64,000 nt of DNA. It comes from Octopus vulgaris. Taxonomy: Eukaryota. Of the stretch, positions 1-12,839 are shown in pieces. The notes under the pieces are model-generated. The model ran no database searches. It had not been told where the DNA came from and worked only from the letters and a program-made list of their open reading frames with translations. Numbering within the stretch: the stretch's first letter is position 1; every line of letters starts with the position of its first letter. The stretch is from NCBI GenBank assembly GCA_951406725.2, contig OX597816.1:84754001-84818000 (forward strand), in the 5' to 3' direction. The translations under genes were made by a program, and so were the position numbers.

Positions 1-714
1 TGACGTACAGAAGGTCACATATGTTTGTATATGAATACATAATGTATATTGGCTTATATTTGTACATATATAGTTACTCACATATGCTTGTGTGCGTATT
101 TGTGTATATGTGTGTGTACATACATATTTCTATGTAGATATGTTAGTCGGAGGGTATCACCCTTGAAGCTTGAATATGTGTACTTGTGCGTGAATATGTG
201 AATCTGTGTGTGCCTCTGTGGGTGTGCGTGTGTTTGTGTGTGTGAGATAGAGAGAGAACGAGAGAGACCAAGATCGGGAAAGAGAGAGAGAGAGAGAGAG
301 AGAGAACGTGCGATACGAAGAGAGAAAGAGTAATAGTTAGAATTAGAGGGAATGAGAGAGAATGAAGGAGAGAGATACGGGGAAACGACGTTGCGTCTTA
401 GTTTTATTCGTTTGCAGTAAAATTGACCAGTTGCCAGTTAGTAAATAGTGGTCATCAACCATCAACCGGTTGGGGCAATGGTAATGATGATTCGTTAGAT
501 GAGAGAGTGGTGGTGATGGTGGCTGTTGTGGGAGAAGGAAATGTTAGCAGGAAAAAGGTCGGAAGAGGTCAGAACAATGAAGAGTTTGGGTGGGATGGCA
601 GGTAGGCTCAAGCTGAATAAGATGGAATTAAGCAAAGTGACACGGAATGTGTGTTTGAATGTTCGAATGTTTCCCGCTATGTGTATGTATATATGTGAGT
701 GTATGTGTGTGTGC

Positions 715-746
<32 letters not shown>

Positions 747-760
747 GCATGTGTGAATGT
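1..760. repeat. Degenerate (GT)n and (GA)n microsatellite region
   Basis: (TG)n runs at about 220-245 and 690-755; (GA)n at about 245-375. Confidence 0.85.
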
Positions 761-965
761 GTGAAGTGGTTTTAGGTTATGGTGCAGTATGGTTTAAAGG
801 CTAGACTACGAATAGGCTGCTTGCCAAGTCTTCCACTCCTGACCGTACGGTCAGCTATCGAGCCAAGAAAAGAATCCAAACAAAAAGAAAACAAAAAACA
901 AAAATAAAGTAGCTATTAAACAAATAAACAAAATATGTACTATAAAACAAAAACAAGAACAACAG

Positions 966-991
966 TAATGATGATGATGATGATGATGATG

Positions 992-1067
<76 letters not shown>

Positions 1068-1086
1068 TAATAATAATGATAATAAT
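966..1086. repeat. (ATG)n(ATA)n trinucleotide microsatellite
   Basis: Directly visible; source of the poly-Y/L/I ORFs. Confidence 0.95.
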
Positions 1087-1089
1087 ACA

Positions 1090-1590
1090 AAGAACGCCAG
1101 TATGGGGATTTACATAAAATCGAATGATTAAAAAAGCTGAAATGTTAGTATACATGATATATAAGTTCAGCGAAAGAAATTAAATATAAATATGCATGCT
1201 ATGCAGCAGTAAAGCAATGTTGATGATGAGGCAATCTGATAGAGATTGATTCTGATAGTGGAGGACCTCTAGCGTTAATCGAAGAACTCACCATCCAAGA
1301 ACTCCCTGAGTACCAAGAGTGAGTGCTCCCACTAATTTTCGTTTCCCGACTTATAGATTTATATTCTAAACGGTCCCACCCACTCTTGTCATTTATGCTA
1401 TTCTCAATAAATTCGTTCAAGGACAACACCTTTCATGTGGAAGCTGAACAGTTCAACGAGGCCTCTATTAAAGAGGCAAGTCTCCGTCCTCATACATTTC
1501 AACCACGTCAACCACACAACTCCTCTCGTTTTAGTCACAAGATAGGGGAAAACTGTCTTCGCTTCGGATAAAGAAGGGCGGTTAGGCAAT
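1090..1590 (-). mobile_element. Old L1/Tx1-clade LINE 3' fragment (ORF2 C-terminus plus probable 3' UTR)
   Basis: Minus ORF ...TKTRGVVWLTWLKCMRTETCLFNRGLVELFSFHMK aligns with the Tx1-like C-termini at 25786-26070, 26260-26444 and 50761-51180 (VVW.TRLKGL..DT.LFSRALIDFFKFHLK). Confidence 0.6.
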
Positions 1591-2808
1591 CATCACGATG
1601 GACACAGTTAATATTCTAATAGAAAAATAATGGTCTCCGATTTCAGTACCAGGTCAAATATTTTGAGGGGTAAATGGAAAGTCAATTCCATCGATCCAGT
1701 TACTATTACTTTTTTTTCTCGAACTTGGAAGATTAAAATGCAGAGTTGACCTTAGTGGAATTTGTTCTCAGAACATAAAGAGCCAAAACAAATGCCGTAA
1801 AGCATTTTTGCTGGAGCTCTAACGTTTCTGTCACCACACAAGGAAAAAAAGGCCGGCAGTCATCCAGCAGAATACGTGGCACACAGACTGCCAGCTAAAC
1901 AGATAACTAAATTTGCTTCTCTTTCCTTCTAAATGCAAATGTAGGGATACATTCGTGTCTTTTGTGTATAAAACGATTGCCTGAGGTATTGTCCTTTGGC
2001 CATAATGTTGCAACTCATATTCCATGTCACAATATTAATTCTAGTTATGCTGAACATTTCTAAGTCTTGTTCAATGAACAAAAACTGCTTCATTGAGGCG
2101 TTTTAATAAGATAGGAAAATGGCCATTGATTTAAGCAGCAGGTTTTTAAAAAGAAGATCCAACTCTATTTGTAATATCTTCGTTTTCCAAGAATTTCAGT
2201 ACGCTTATTTAATAGGAGTTATCTCCCTTAATTATGTTTACGTTTTAAAAACTCATAAAGGGAGTTTTGCTTACTAATTGCAAGGATAATATCTGTTAAA
2301 TGAAGATTTTTATCTCATTAAATTATATATGCAAACACTACGGTATGTGTACTATTAATGTACTATGGTTGATTTGAATGATTCAATCAGAATCCTCATA
2401 GTTATTATGGTCATCATATGTCTTTCATTGTCATCATCATCTACGCCGTCCTGTACATCGTCGTCGGCAGTAGTGTCATTGAGGCTTGGTCATCGATAAA
2501 GTCCTTTCTATTAATTTGATCTAATATCGGTTTCAAATTTTTAGGGAAGTAGGTAAGTCGATTGCATCGATCGCAGTTATCAAATATCGGTTTCCAAAAG
2601 ACGAAAGGCAAGGTCGACCTCAGCAGAATTCGAACTTACAATGTAAGGACGTACGAAATGCCGCTAAGCATTTTGATCGGCGTGCTAATAATTCTGCGAG
2701 CTCACTGCCTTGTTTATTTGTCTTATATCAAAACTAATGTCGTGTTTTATTTCTCATGGCTCCCTGATAAGATATAGCTGGCAAATTATAAAAATCCCCT
2801 TCACACGC

Positions 2809-3009
<201 letters not shown>

Positions 3010-3169
3010 AGTGTGAGGGAAGTATGGCAACTGTTGTTGCAAAGAAAGTAAAATTAATGGCAAAGAAAAGGAGCGTGTGAACAATTTGCTGTTAGGTGGA
3101 ACAGAAAGCTCCTGCATGGCAAATATGTTGATCGGGAGCGCACCCATCAGTGCCCATGAAGCTCAGAGC

Positions 3170-3325
3170 AGCTAAAGGCAGAGAGCGAAAGTTTCCTCGT
3201 AACCGCTTCAGCTCGAAGCTTATTGATCTGGAATTACCTCGCTAATATGATGAAAGATGGAGCAGAACCAATGTACCGATTCTGCAATGATGAGATTGAA
3301 GCAGTGGACCACTTAATCTCTGGAA
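3170..3325 (+). mobile_element. Dong/R4 LINE fragment (CCHC zinc-knuckle region)
   Basis: NYLANMMKDGAEPMYRFCNDEIEAVDHLISG resembles the R4-clade NY.A.I...DP.CR.C....ET.DH..SGC motif. Confidence 0.6.
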
Positions 3326-6300
3326 GAAAAGAGTTCAAAGCATGCGATACTACGCTTTGTACTATTTTTCAAACTCGCTTCACTATAAGCCTAAATCCTG
3401 GCGAGGTCAACGTTGCCTTTTAAAATAATATAAGATAATATATAAAACAAAGAAATTGTCTCTACTTCAGGTTTTAAGATTGACTTCCAAACGATCTGAA
3501 GTCCCTTATTTTTACAATAATCATATAAAAACACGTTTTCATTCAGTAACCCTTGATAATGATCCAATTTTCGGAGCAGTCCGAGGAAAAGACATTTACA
3601 TAAAATACATAGTAAATTGTCTAGCATTGGCACGTCGCCTAAAACTCGAGGGAGGATGTTTGTCGATACCACTGACCCCAATATTTGACTAGTGCTTTAT
3701 TTGATAGGTTCAAAAGTATGACAAGAAAAATTAATGTCAGGTGGACTTGAATTCAGAATGTAAAAACGCCAGAACAAATACTAACAGACACATTGTCCAA
3801 CATCCTAACGCTTCTACTATTTCGTCTCCCATTTTTGTTTCTACCATAGGCAACAAATGTGGTAGTATAGGTTAGTCAATGAAATTGCTTCAGTACATAA
3901 CTGATACTATATTTTGTCGACCCCAAAGAATGACAACTAAAGTTGATATCGGTTTTACTGAACATAACTAAATAACATAATACATTTTTCTGGCATTTTA
4001 ACTTATTCTGCCGTAAGCATGGAGAATGGAAAGCAAAGCTGATGACTGTGAGATCTGCTCTAAGTACGTTAAAAGGTAATAAAAAAGCCGTGGTATGGAT
4101 GTATTCGAGAAAATAAAGTAAGAAAATGACAAAACATTCCACATTCGAGGACACATCAGTATACACAGACAGAAAGATCTAAGTTAATTAGTTATTATTG
4201 TTAAGAAAGACCAGGAACTATAGTGGCTCCTAATCGACGTAACAGTCCTAAGAGATAAAAGAAAATGTGGAATTATAGTGAAATTATAAAAATGTGAAAA
4301 TAGAGATAATCTGAATGATGCTGCGACAAAACTGATCCTAATAATAATATGATCACAAGCATGCAGACAAATACATAACCAAAACCCCAGAATTGACAAA
4401 TGTGCATCACATGTAAATTTAGGCCTACATATTTAAACATATTTATGCATATTTAAAACAAAAACAAGTCAAGGAAAAATATGCACATATTCGAAGCACA
4501 CAATTCCGCGTTCGTGAAACCATATAATAAAAAATAGATTAATGAGTAATAAATATTTTTACTGTTGACACAAAGCCTGGAATGTTTGGGAAGGTGTTTT
4601 ACTTGACCTTGTTTGATCGACCGCAAAATGATAAAAGATAAAGTCGATCTCGTTGGCATTTAAGCTTAGAGAGGATGACAGATGGAATGTCGCTAAGCGT
4701 CTTGCCCTGCATGCTAACAATTCTGCCAACTCATTACATTTCTGATAATAATAGTATTAAAATGGGATTCAGTAACACACAAAGTTGTAAAATTAGCTTC
4801 AAATTTATTTTATGAGGTGTCACAAGTTTTCCTCGAGCATCTGCAAACTGGCCACTAACACAGTTTTACAGTGGAACCGTAGCTATTTTGCAGTTTTACA
4901 AACTAAATGGGACACCTGAAATAAATGTTAAGTGGTTTTAACAACTCAGTGTGTTGTAAATGCTTAGAATGGTTCTTCCAAAGTCTCAGATAAAGTTACT
5001 TGCTAGACAGACATAATTAATGAAATGATAAATGAGTCCAGATATAATTATGAAAGACTAGAACAAAACGGCCTTCTCAACAATATTTAGTCAAGAAAGA
5101 GGTCGAGAAATTGACAAATTACATGAATCTTGATGCTAAAGTAAGCAGGATGCGGTGCATGAAAGTGGAAGCAATACCAAAAGTCATTGGAGGAAAAAGT
5201 ATGAGAGGAAAAGTATGAACAAAAATGTAAAAATAATAATCAAACTTGCGAAAGCATACGTTTCACACCGACCGAGAAATATCCTGTATCCTTGCAAGTC
5301 ACACTCAATTCAATACCGCAACTCAACAAGTAAACTCTGCACTCAGCAAATACCATATATACAATGACCACTCAATAAAATAAAGACAACTCTCAAAATA
5401 CCTACTTTACGGAGTCACTACAAAGCAATATAACACACCACATACTCTACGCCATCAACACCCAGTAACAACAAATAGCATTATATAACCAATACTTGGC
5501 ACTGTGGCACGCAACAGCACACACATTTCATATTCTACTAAATTGCAACCCATTAATGTAACACAACGTACTCAACTCATACACTACACAATCGATATCT
5601 CACGCTGATACACATGATACTAAACACACAGTAGATACGAAACAAAGTCCACCTAACAAAATAAGCACAAAGTGAACGTTGCGCATATTCTATTTTACAC
5701 AATATTGAAACACTAAAATAACATAAAACCCAAAGAAACACTGCAATAAAGCAAATCTGATGCAGTATACGAAAACACTATTGTACATCCCCTAAAGACA
5801 ATACTGTACACACCTTATCAACACAAAAGTGTACCAAGTGGTGCTATAGATACTTGCAAAAATTTGTTGAAAACATAAATACCACGAATGATGATACTAA
5901 TAATATCATTAATAATAATTAAAATAATAATAATAGTAATGTAGATAACAAAGGTGAATGATTAAAAAACAGCACCAGAAACAACAATAAATGTATATGC
6001 TCAATGAAAATATGCCATAGCTAAAAGCGCAGTGTTTTTATGATTAATCTATAATTCATCTCCTATATATGGCTGACCTAAAATTATGTGTACGGCCAAT
6101 AATAACTAGTTCAGGAGCATGCTTCGAATAGAAACAAGAATTAATACATTGTATGCATACTCCCACTCATAGAAAAAGAAAAAAAAAACATACAAATAAT
6201 CAAAATATTAGTTATGTGCCAAAAGCAACATAAATAAATGTAATTTCTAAAAAAAAGTGAAAAAAACCCTCATTACTTATTGATTTACAAATAAGCTTTA

Positions 6301-7069
6301 GGTTTGTAAAAGTGTACAAACATACCGCATACATACATATATAAAAGCAAATGTATGCATATTTGTCTATTTTTCGTTTGAAATAACATTTTTTGTCATG
6401 GTAATTGAAAAGTAGTTTCCTGCAAATTTTTTTTGAGGGAAAAGACTATTTTAACTAAAGATATAATATTTTTATAATATAGATTTAATTAATCTTAGTC
6501 AAAATAATATAATCTTCTACGATATCAATTCATTTTAATTTGCAAAGTTTTGACACATGTGTAAATATCTTAGATATTTCAATCATCAAATGACATGATA
6601 TACAAACTATAAAATAAGCAGAAACCTCAAAATAACGAAAGCAAATACTGAAAAAAAAAACAAAAAAACAAAAACAAAACAATAATGTTTGTTTATTAGA
6701 AACATAAACAAAATTGATTAAAATAATTATGAAAATGAAATAAGTAAAAGAAATATAGTTCAATCTTTTCCTATTTCTGCACGAAAATACTTGAAATCAA
6801 TAGACGTGACATAAAAGTGAATATTTTGGAGTTTCAAGAGTCCTTCATATTTGTGAGCAAGCATGCATGTAAAATCAAATTTTGACATATTTTCATGTAA
6901 ATATTTTGTGTGAAGTTGTAGGATATGTATTAGAATAGCATTTTAAAAAATGTGGAATCTTAGAAAAACCAGGTGGTAAAGTAAACGAGTAGAATGGAAA
7001 TAGTATGAAACACAAGTAAAAATTCAAAAAGAAGTATAGAAGCGTATGAGTGTATAAGGGTAATTAAAA

Positions 7070-7272
7070 ATATATGTATATATGTATAAGATATGATGCG
7101 TATATATATATATACATATATAAATATGTAGATTACTTTCAATTTTTATATATATGTATCTGTGCGTGTACGCACATATCACCCCTGTATATATGTACAT
7201 GCATATTTGTATATTTGTGTGTGTGTGTGTATATATATACACATACATACACACACATATACATATGCACAC

Positions 7273-7313
<41 letters not shown>

Positions 7314-7365
7314 TCTGTGTGTTTGTGTGTGAGTATGCATATATGCATATATACGTATATAGATG

Positions 7366-7405
<40 letters not shown>

Positions 7406-7526
7406 CATATATATACATATATATATATTACATACATATATATATATATATATGCATGCATATATGCATATATACGCATGTATACACACACACACATACA
7501 CACACACACATATATATATATATATA
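7070..7526. repeat. Complex (TA)n/(CA)n/(TG)n microsatellite
   Basis: Directly visible. Confidence 0.95.
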
Positions 7527-7689
7527 GGCGCAGGAGTGACTGTGTGGTAAGTAGTTTGCTTACGAACCACATGGTTCCGGGTTTAGTCCCACTGCGTGGA
7601 ACTTTGGGCAAGTATCTTCTACTATAGCCTCGGGCCGACCAAAGTCTTGTGAAGGGATTTAGTAGACGGAAACTGGAAGAAGCCCGTCT

Positions 7690-7720
<31 letters not shown>

Positions 7721-7921
7721 GTATGTGTTTGTATCTTACCCCAACATCGCTTGACAACCGATGCTTGTTTGTTTACATCCCTGTTACTTAGCAGTTTGGG
7801 AAAATAGACCGATAGAATAAGTACTAGGCTCAAAAAAAGAATAAATCCTCGAGTGGAGTTGCTTGAGTAAAGGTCGTGCTCCAGTATGACCGCAGTCAAA
7901 TGAGTGAAACAAATAAAAGAA
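7527..7921 (+). mobile_element. SINE family A (tRNA-derived, CORE-like; resembles octopus OR-type SINEs), full length
   Basis: GGCGCAGGAGTG.CTGTGTGGTAAG head, CORE-like TTGGGCAAGT, internal (TA)n, 3' end CCGCAGTCAAATGA.TGAAACAA.TAAAAGA. Confidence 0.9.
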
Positions 7922-7982
7922 TATGTATATACATATAAATACACATATGCATATGTATATAAACATATATATATGTACATAT

Positions 7983-8045
<63 letters not shown>

Positions 8046-8062
8046 TATATACATATATATAA

Positions 8063-8119
8063 AGCCTGAAGCCAAAGTTTTTTGTGTGGAGTTGGTAGGC
8101 AGAAACTGAAAGAAACCCG

Positions 8120-8185
<66 letters not shown>

Positions 8186-8493
8186 GTATGTATGTATGGA
8201 TGTATGTATGTACGTATGTATGTATGTATGTATGTATGTATGTATGTATGTATGTATGTATGTATGTATGTATGTATGTATGCATTTGTGTGTCTATATT
8301 TGTCCCCTCACTATCTCTTGACTAACGATGTTGGTATGTATAGGTCCCTTAACCGACCGGTTCGGGAAAAGAAACTGATAGAATGAGTACTAGGCTTGCA
8401 AAGAATAAGTCCTGGGATCGATTCGTTCGACTAAAGGTGTTACTCCATCATGGCCACATTCCCATGCCTGAAAGAAGTAGAAGAATAAAAGAA
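8063..8493 (+). mobile_element. SINE family A, 5'-truncated, with expanded internal (TA)n(TATG)n
   Basis: Homologous to 7625-7921. Confidence 0.85.
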
Positions 8494-8497
8494 TACA

Positions 8498-8533
<36 letters not shown>

Positions 8534-8557
8534 TATACATATATATATATAAAAGAA

Positions 8558-8654
<97 letters not shown>

Positions 8655-8759
8655 TTACGCACTCTACAGGCACATCTATCCTTAATGTAATTCTCAGGTA
8701 GAATTAGTGTGTCATAGCTAAGCAAGGCCTGATCTGTTAACATGACTATCGGATAGGAG

Positions 8760-9990
8760 CGATAAAATCGTGATTGGAGAAATTTGCAGAAGAATTTCTA
8801 GAGCGTATGGGAAAGAATTAATTATCATCAAATCAAAATAAATCAGAACTACAAAATTCTGGAACAGCGATGGTAATCAACGCAGCCCCAGTGTACATAA
8901 TGTTAGTCTCGAAATATTTGTAAATCAAACTGTATCAAGAATAGCTAGGAAATCATTTTAATCTATGTGAAGAAAAGAAATAGACAAGATTTCTAGACGA
9001 TGGCTGTATTCTTCGGAAAGAAAGAATAGGAAATTTAAATAAAATTTAAAATATTTCTTAAAAGGAAAAAAAAAATCAATTCACAATAGAATAAAGTTCA
9101 GCGAACTACCAATTTCAGCTATTTTAGTAATAATGAAATTAAATAAATGAAGTGAGGCAGACTGAAGCAACATTTACACGTTATCTTTGTGATGTGGTAT
9201 CGGGAATGTACAAGAGTAAATATTCCATTTAATTTAGTCAAGAAAGCGAAGCACATTTGTATCGAACATAAATACTCGCAGTAAACGAAAACAAGAAATT
9301 TAAGATACACTTCATCCTTAATAGTTGGTGGGATACAAGGAACGAAGATAATTAATGCTCGGATACTAAAACAGGTAAAACAAGTAAAACAACACAACAA
9401 ACCTGAAGTGAAAATGTCACCATATGTCTCTACTAACAATAACGGCTCCAACACTTTACAAAATATGGAAACAATAATGGCTCCAATACTTTACAAAATA
9501 TATCCTTGCTAAAAGCAGACGCCTGGATAAATCGAATTCAACGAGTATATAAGCTATAAAATATATATTAAAAAATGGCTTTTATCATTCAAGCGAAAAT
9601 TAACAGATGATAAATCATACTTAACGATAACAGAATCAATAGTCAAAAGGTGTGAGAAAACCAGCAGTGGAATAGATCATAACCGATAGTTCAGAGCACC
9701 ATTTTAGAGAAGAACAATACTTCAAAACAAACAGTGCTTCTTTCCTGTGCATCTAAAAGCGTAATCTACATAATCATTAGCTCAACTTGTAGAGAGAATT
9801 AAATAGGACAAACTAAAATAAGCGTAAGAAAACAAATAACTATTTTCAAAGAGAAATTTCGAATTCTGAGTTATGTATAAATAACTCACAGTGGATATAT
9901 CGATAGATACCTATGCTGCTAATCATGAATCAAATTAAGAAATAATTTCCATTATATTAATGAAATACCGGAACGTATGGATACCAGTAG
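8760..9990 (+). mobile_element. Heavily decayed Penelope-like element (RT C-terminus to GIY-YIG)
   Basis: GTAMVINAAPVY at 8861, RFLDDGCILRKE near 8990 and SCASKSVIYII...IGQTK near 9745-9815, collinear with the element at 12836-14023. Confidence 0.75.
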
Positions 9991-10180
9991 ATCAATAAGT
10001 CTACATCTATTTAAAAATATTGACCTCTCTTAAACATGTCCATTTAATAAATCTATATTTATTATTATTGTTATTACCAGCATCATTAATTACAAAGTCA
10101 TGAATAAATTATAAATGTGTAACCAGTTGATATCACGAAGTTCCATACATACATACATACATACATACATACATACATAC

Positions 10181-10590
10181 AGGAGTGGCTGTGTGGTAAG
10201 TAGCTTGCTTACGAACCACATGGTTCCGGGTTCAGTCCCACTGCGTGGCACCTTGGGCAAGTGTCTTCTACTATAGCCTCGGGCCGACCAAAGCCTTGTG
10301 AGTGGATTTGGTTGACGGAAACTGAAAGAAGCCCGACGTATATATGTATATATATATGCGTGTGCGTTTGTTTGTGTGTCTGTGTTTGTCCCCCTAGCAT
10401 TGCTTGACAACCGATGCTGGTGTGTTTATGTCCCCGTCACCTAGCGGTTCGGCAAAAGAGACCGATAGAATAAGTACTGGGCTTACAAAGAATAAGTCCC
10501 GGGGTCGAGTTGCTCGATTTAAGGCGGCGCTCCAGCATGGCCGCAGTCAAATGACTGAAACAAGTAAAAGAGTAAAAGAGTAAAAGAGTA
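10181..10590 (+). mobile_element. SINE family A, near-consensus copy with (GAGTAAAA)n tail
   Basis: Very similar to the copies at 34965 and 37987. Confidence 0.95.
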
Positions 10591-10660
10591 TACATACATA
10601 CATACATGTATGCATGCATACATGCATGCATGCATGCATGCATACATAAAAGTATATGTG

Positions 10661-10695
<35 letters not shown>

Positions 10696-11939
10696 ATACG
10701 TATGTATGTATGCATATAAAAACATATATACAAACATATACACAAAGATATACTCTACCAAGTCAACTCAAAAGACAATTGTTAGACAGGCGCCTATAAT
10801 AGGCGGAACTTGCTCAATATGCCATGCACAGCGAGTGAACCTGAAAGCTCATAGTTTCGAAATGAACCTCTTAACTACTTCATGTAACCCTTCTTGACGG
10901 GTAGCTATGTGCCAAAATAAGACTTTAAATACGGTTGCAATTACGTCACTTTCATTATTAATTCAAATCCCATATGACCAACTTTGTTGTTTTCGCTATT
11001 GATCAAAAGTGTACCAGTAATATAATTAGTAAGCATAGTCTGACAATAACCTTTCTAATACATATGTGTCACCTTGTACCTATGTAGATAAAAACATCAA
11101 TTTATAAGTTAGTACATGATGTACGTTTTTGGTATTGTTCCGAGTGAACATGCCAGATTTTAGTATTAGTTAGTATTCTCTTCTTCACTATTCTTTTATT
11201 GTTATTGACAAATTCAATTTCTGCTATAAGCGGCCAGGGGATGAAGTGAAAGTCTGTAGCAAATTTGTAGTTGTGCCAAACTCCATTAAAATCTAGATTC
11301 AGGAAGCATTCGAAAACGCTGCTTCTACAAGACACTTCTGAGACCATAATTTAGGAATCTAATATAAAGAAAATAAATAGTTTACTTAGTAGCTTCAAGA
11401 GTTACTGACAATGGTAGAAGTGAAAAAGCAGACTGGACAAAATATTGGCCTATAAGTCAGATAGTGCGCTGCAAGTTCACGCTGCCCGAATGCACTTAGT
11501 TGTCTAACGAGGAGAGAATTATTTGATTATAAATTTCTGAGTTTACCAAATTGTCGACAATATTTAGAGTTGTATTCTAGTTGTAGTGGTAATGAATAAG
11601 TTGACTGCAACAGTCTGTTAGAGAGAGTTAGTGTGTGTGTGTGAAAGAGAGAGAGAGAGAGAGACTGAGAGAGAGGAGAGAGTGAGGGAGAGTGAAGGGT
11701 CTGGAAGAGAAGGATTAACTGTTTATATCTAATATCGGAATTATAATAAAAAAAAATTCTCTTTACATGTTTCCAACTTGGCCATTTATTTACTACCTGT
11801 TTCATTCTGAAGGTTACAGTAGCGGGTTAATATTAGTTCAACTCGGACGAAACAAATATCAGCGCAGTTACATGCGGCAGCAAATAATAAAATTTAAACT
11901 GCGTACCAGAAAGGCTTTCAAATTACGAAAATATTACTT

Positions 11940-12080
11940 TGAAAATAAGGTTAGAGAGTTTAGAAAATTTTCATACCGGTGGCTAGCGTGTGTAATAAAT
12001 ATGTTGTCTATTGAATTTATTACGCATGCTAACCACCGGCATGAGAAATTTTTTTTAATTTTCTACCCTTATTATTTTCA
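11940..12080. other. About 140-bp imperfect inverted repeat (hairpin)
   Basis: Core arms 11964-12000 and 12015-12051 pair around a 14-nt loop, with looser pairing further out. Confidence 0.85.
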
Positions 12081-12102
12081 CAGTATATATAAATAAGGAG
12101 AG

Positions 12103-12238
12103 ACAGGGGTGGACGCCTGGTTGTATGGTAGGAAATTTGCTGCCCCATCACATGGCTCTAGGTTCAGTCCTACTGCGTGGCACCTTGGAAAGTGTCATGT
12201 GAGTACATTTGGTAGGCAGAAACTGAAAGAAGCCTGTC

Positions 12239-12240
<2 letters not shown>
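12103..12240 (+). mobile_element. SINE family A 5' half, ending at its internal (TA)n
   Basis: GGTTCAGTCCTACTGCGTGGCACCTTGG...AAACTGAAAGAAGCCTGTCG. Confidence 0.8.
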
Positions 12241-12284
<44 letters not shown>

Positions 12285-12474
12285 TAAAACAAGTAGCCAC
12301 ATCAAAGTAGCAGATGAATGTTACTACTAGTTTAACCCCAGGCGTATTCTCCACCAAGCTTGTTTTCGGTGTAAGCTCTGTACCCTTTATATACAATACA
12401 ATGCTGGCAGAAGCAGATCTTAGCTATCACTCCACTGTGCAGGTGCGCGCGGCTGACGTGAGACTAATAGCTCG

Positions 12475-12475
<1 letters not shown>

Positions 12476-12517
<42 letters not shown>

Positions 12518-12767
12518 CATACATACATACGTACATACATACCTACATACATACGTACATACATATATATACATGTATATATATACATATATATATATGT
12601 ACATGCATATAAATATACATGTATATAAATATATACATGCACATGAATATATATACATAGATGTATGTAGATATATATGTATATACATACATACATATAC
12701 ATGTATATATATAACCAATATATATATATGTATATATACATATATATATACATATATATGTAAATAT

Positions 12768-12835
<68 letters not shown>
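12476..12835. repeat. Complex (TA)n/(TACA)n microsatellite
   Basis: Directly visible. Confidence 0.95.

Positions 12836-12839
<4 letters not shown>

Noticed and set aside
4010-4400. Faint REL-endonuclease-like peptide traces (TDRKI, LIDVTV)
   Set aside because: Probably an ancient R4-like relic, but too degraded to support as a feature.
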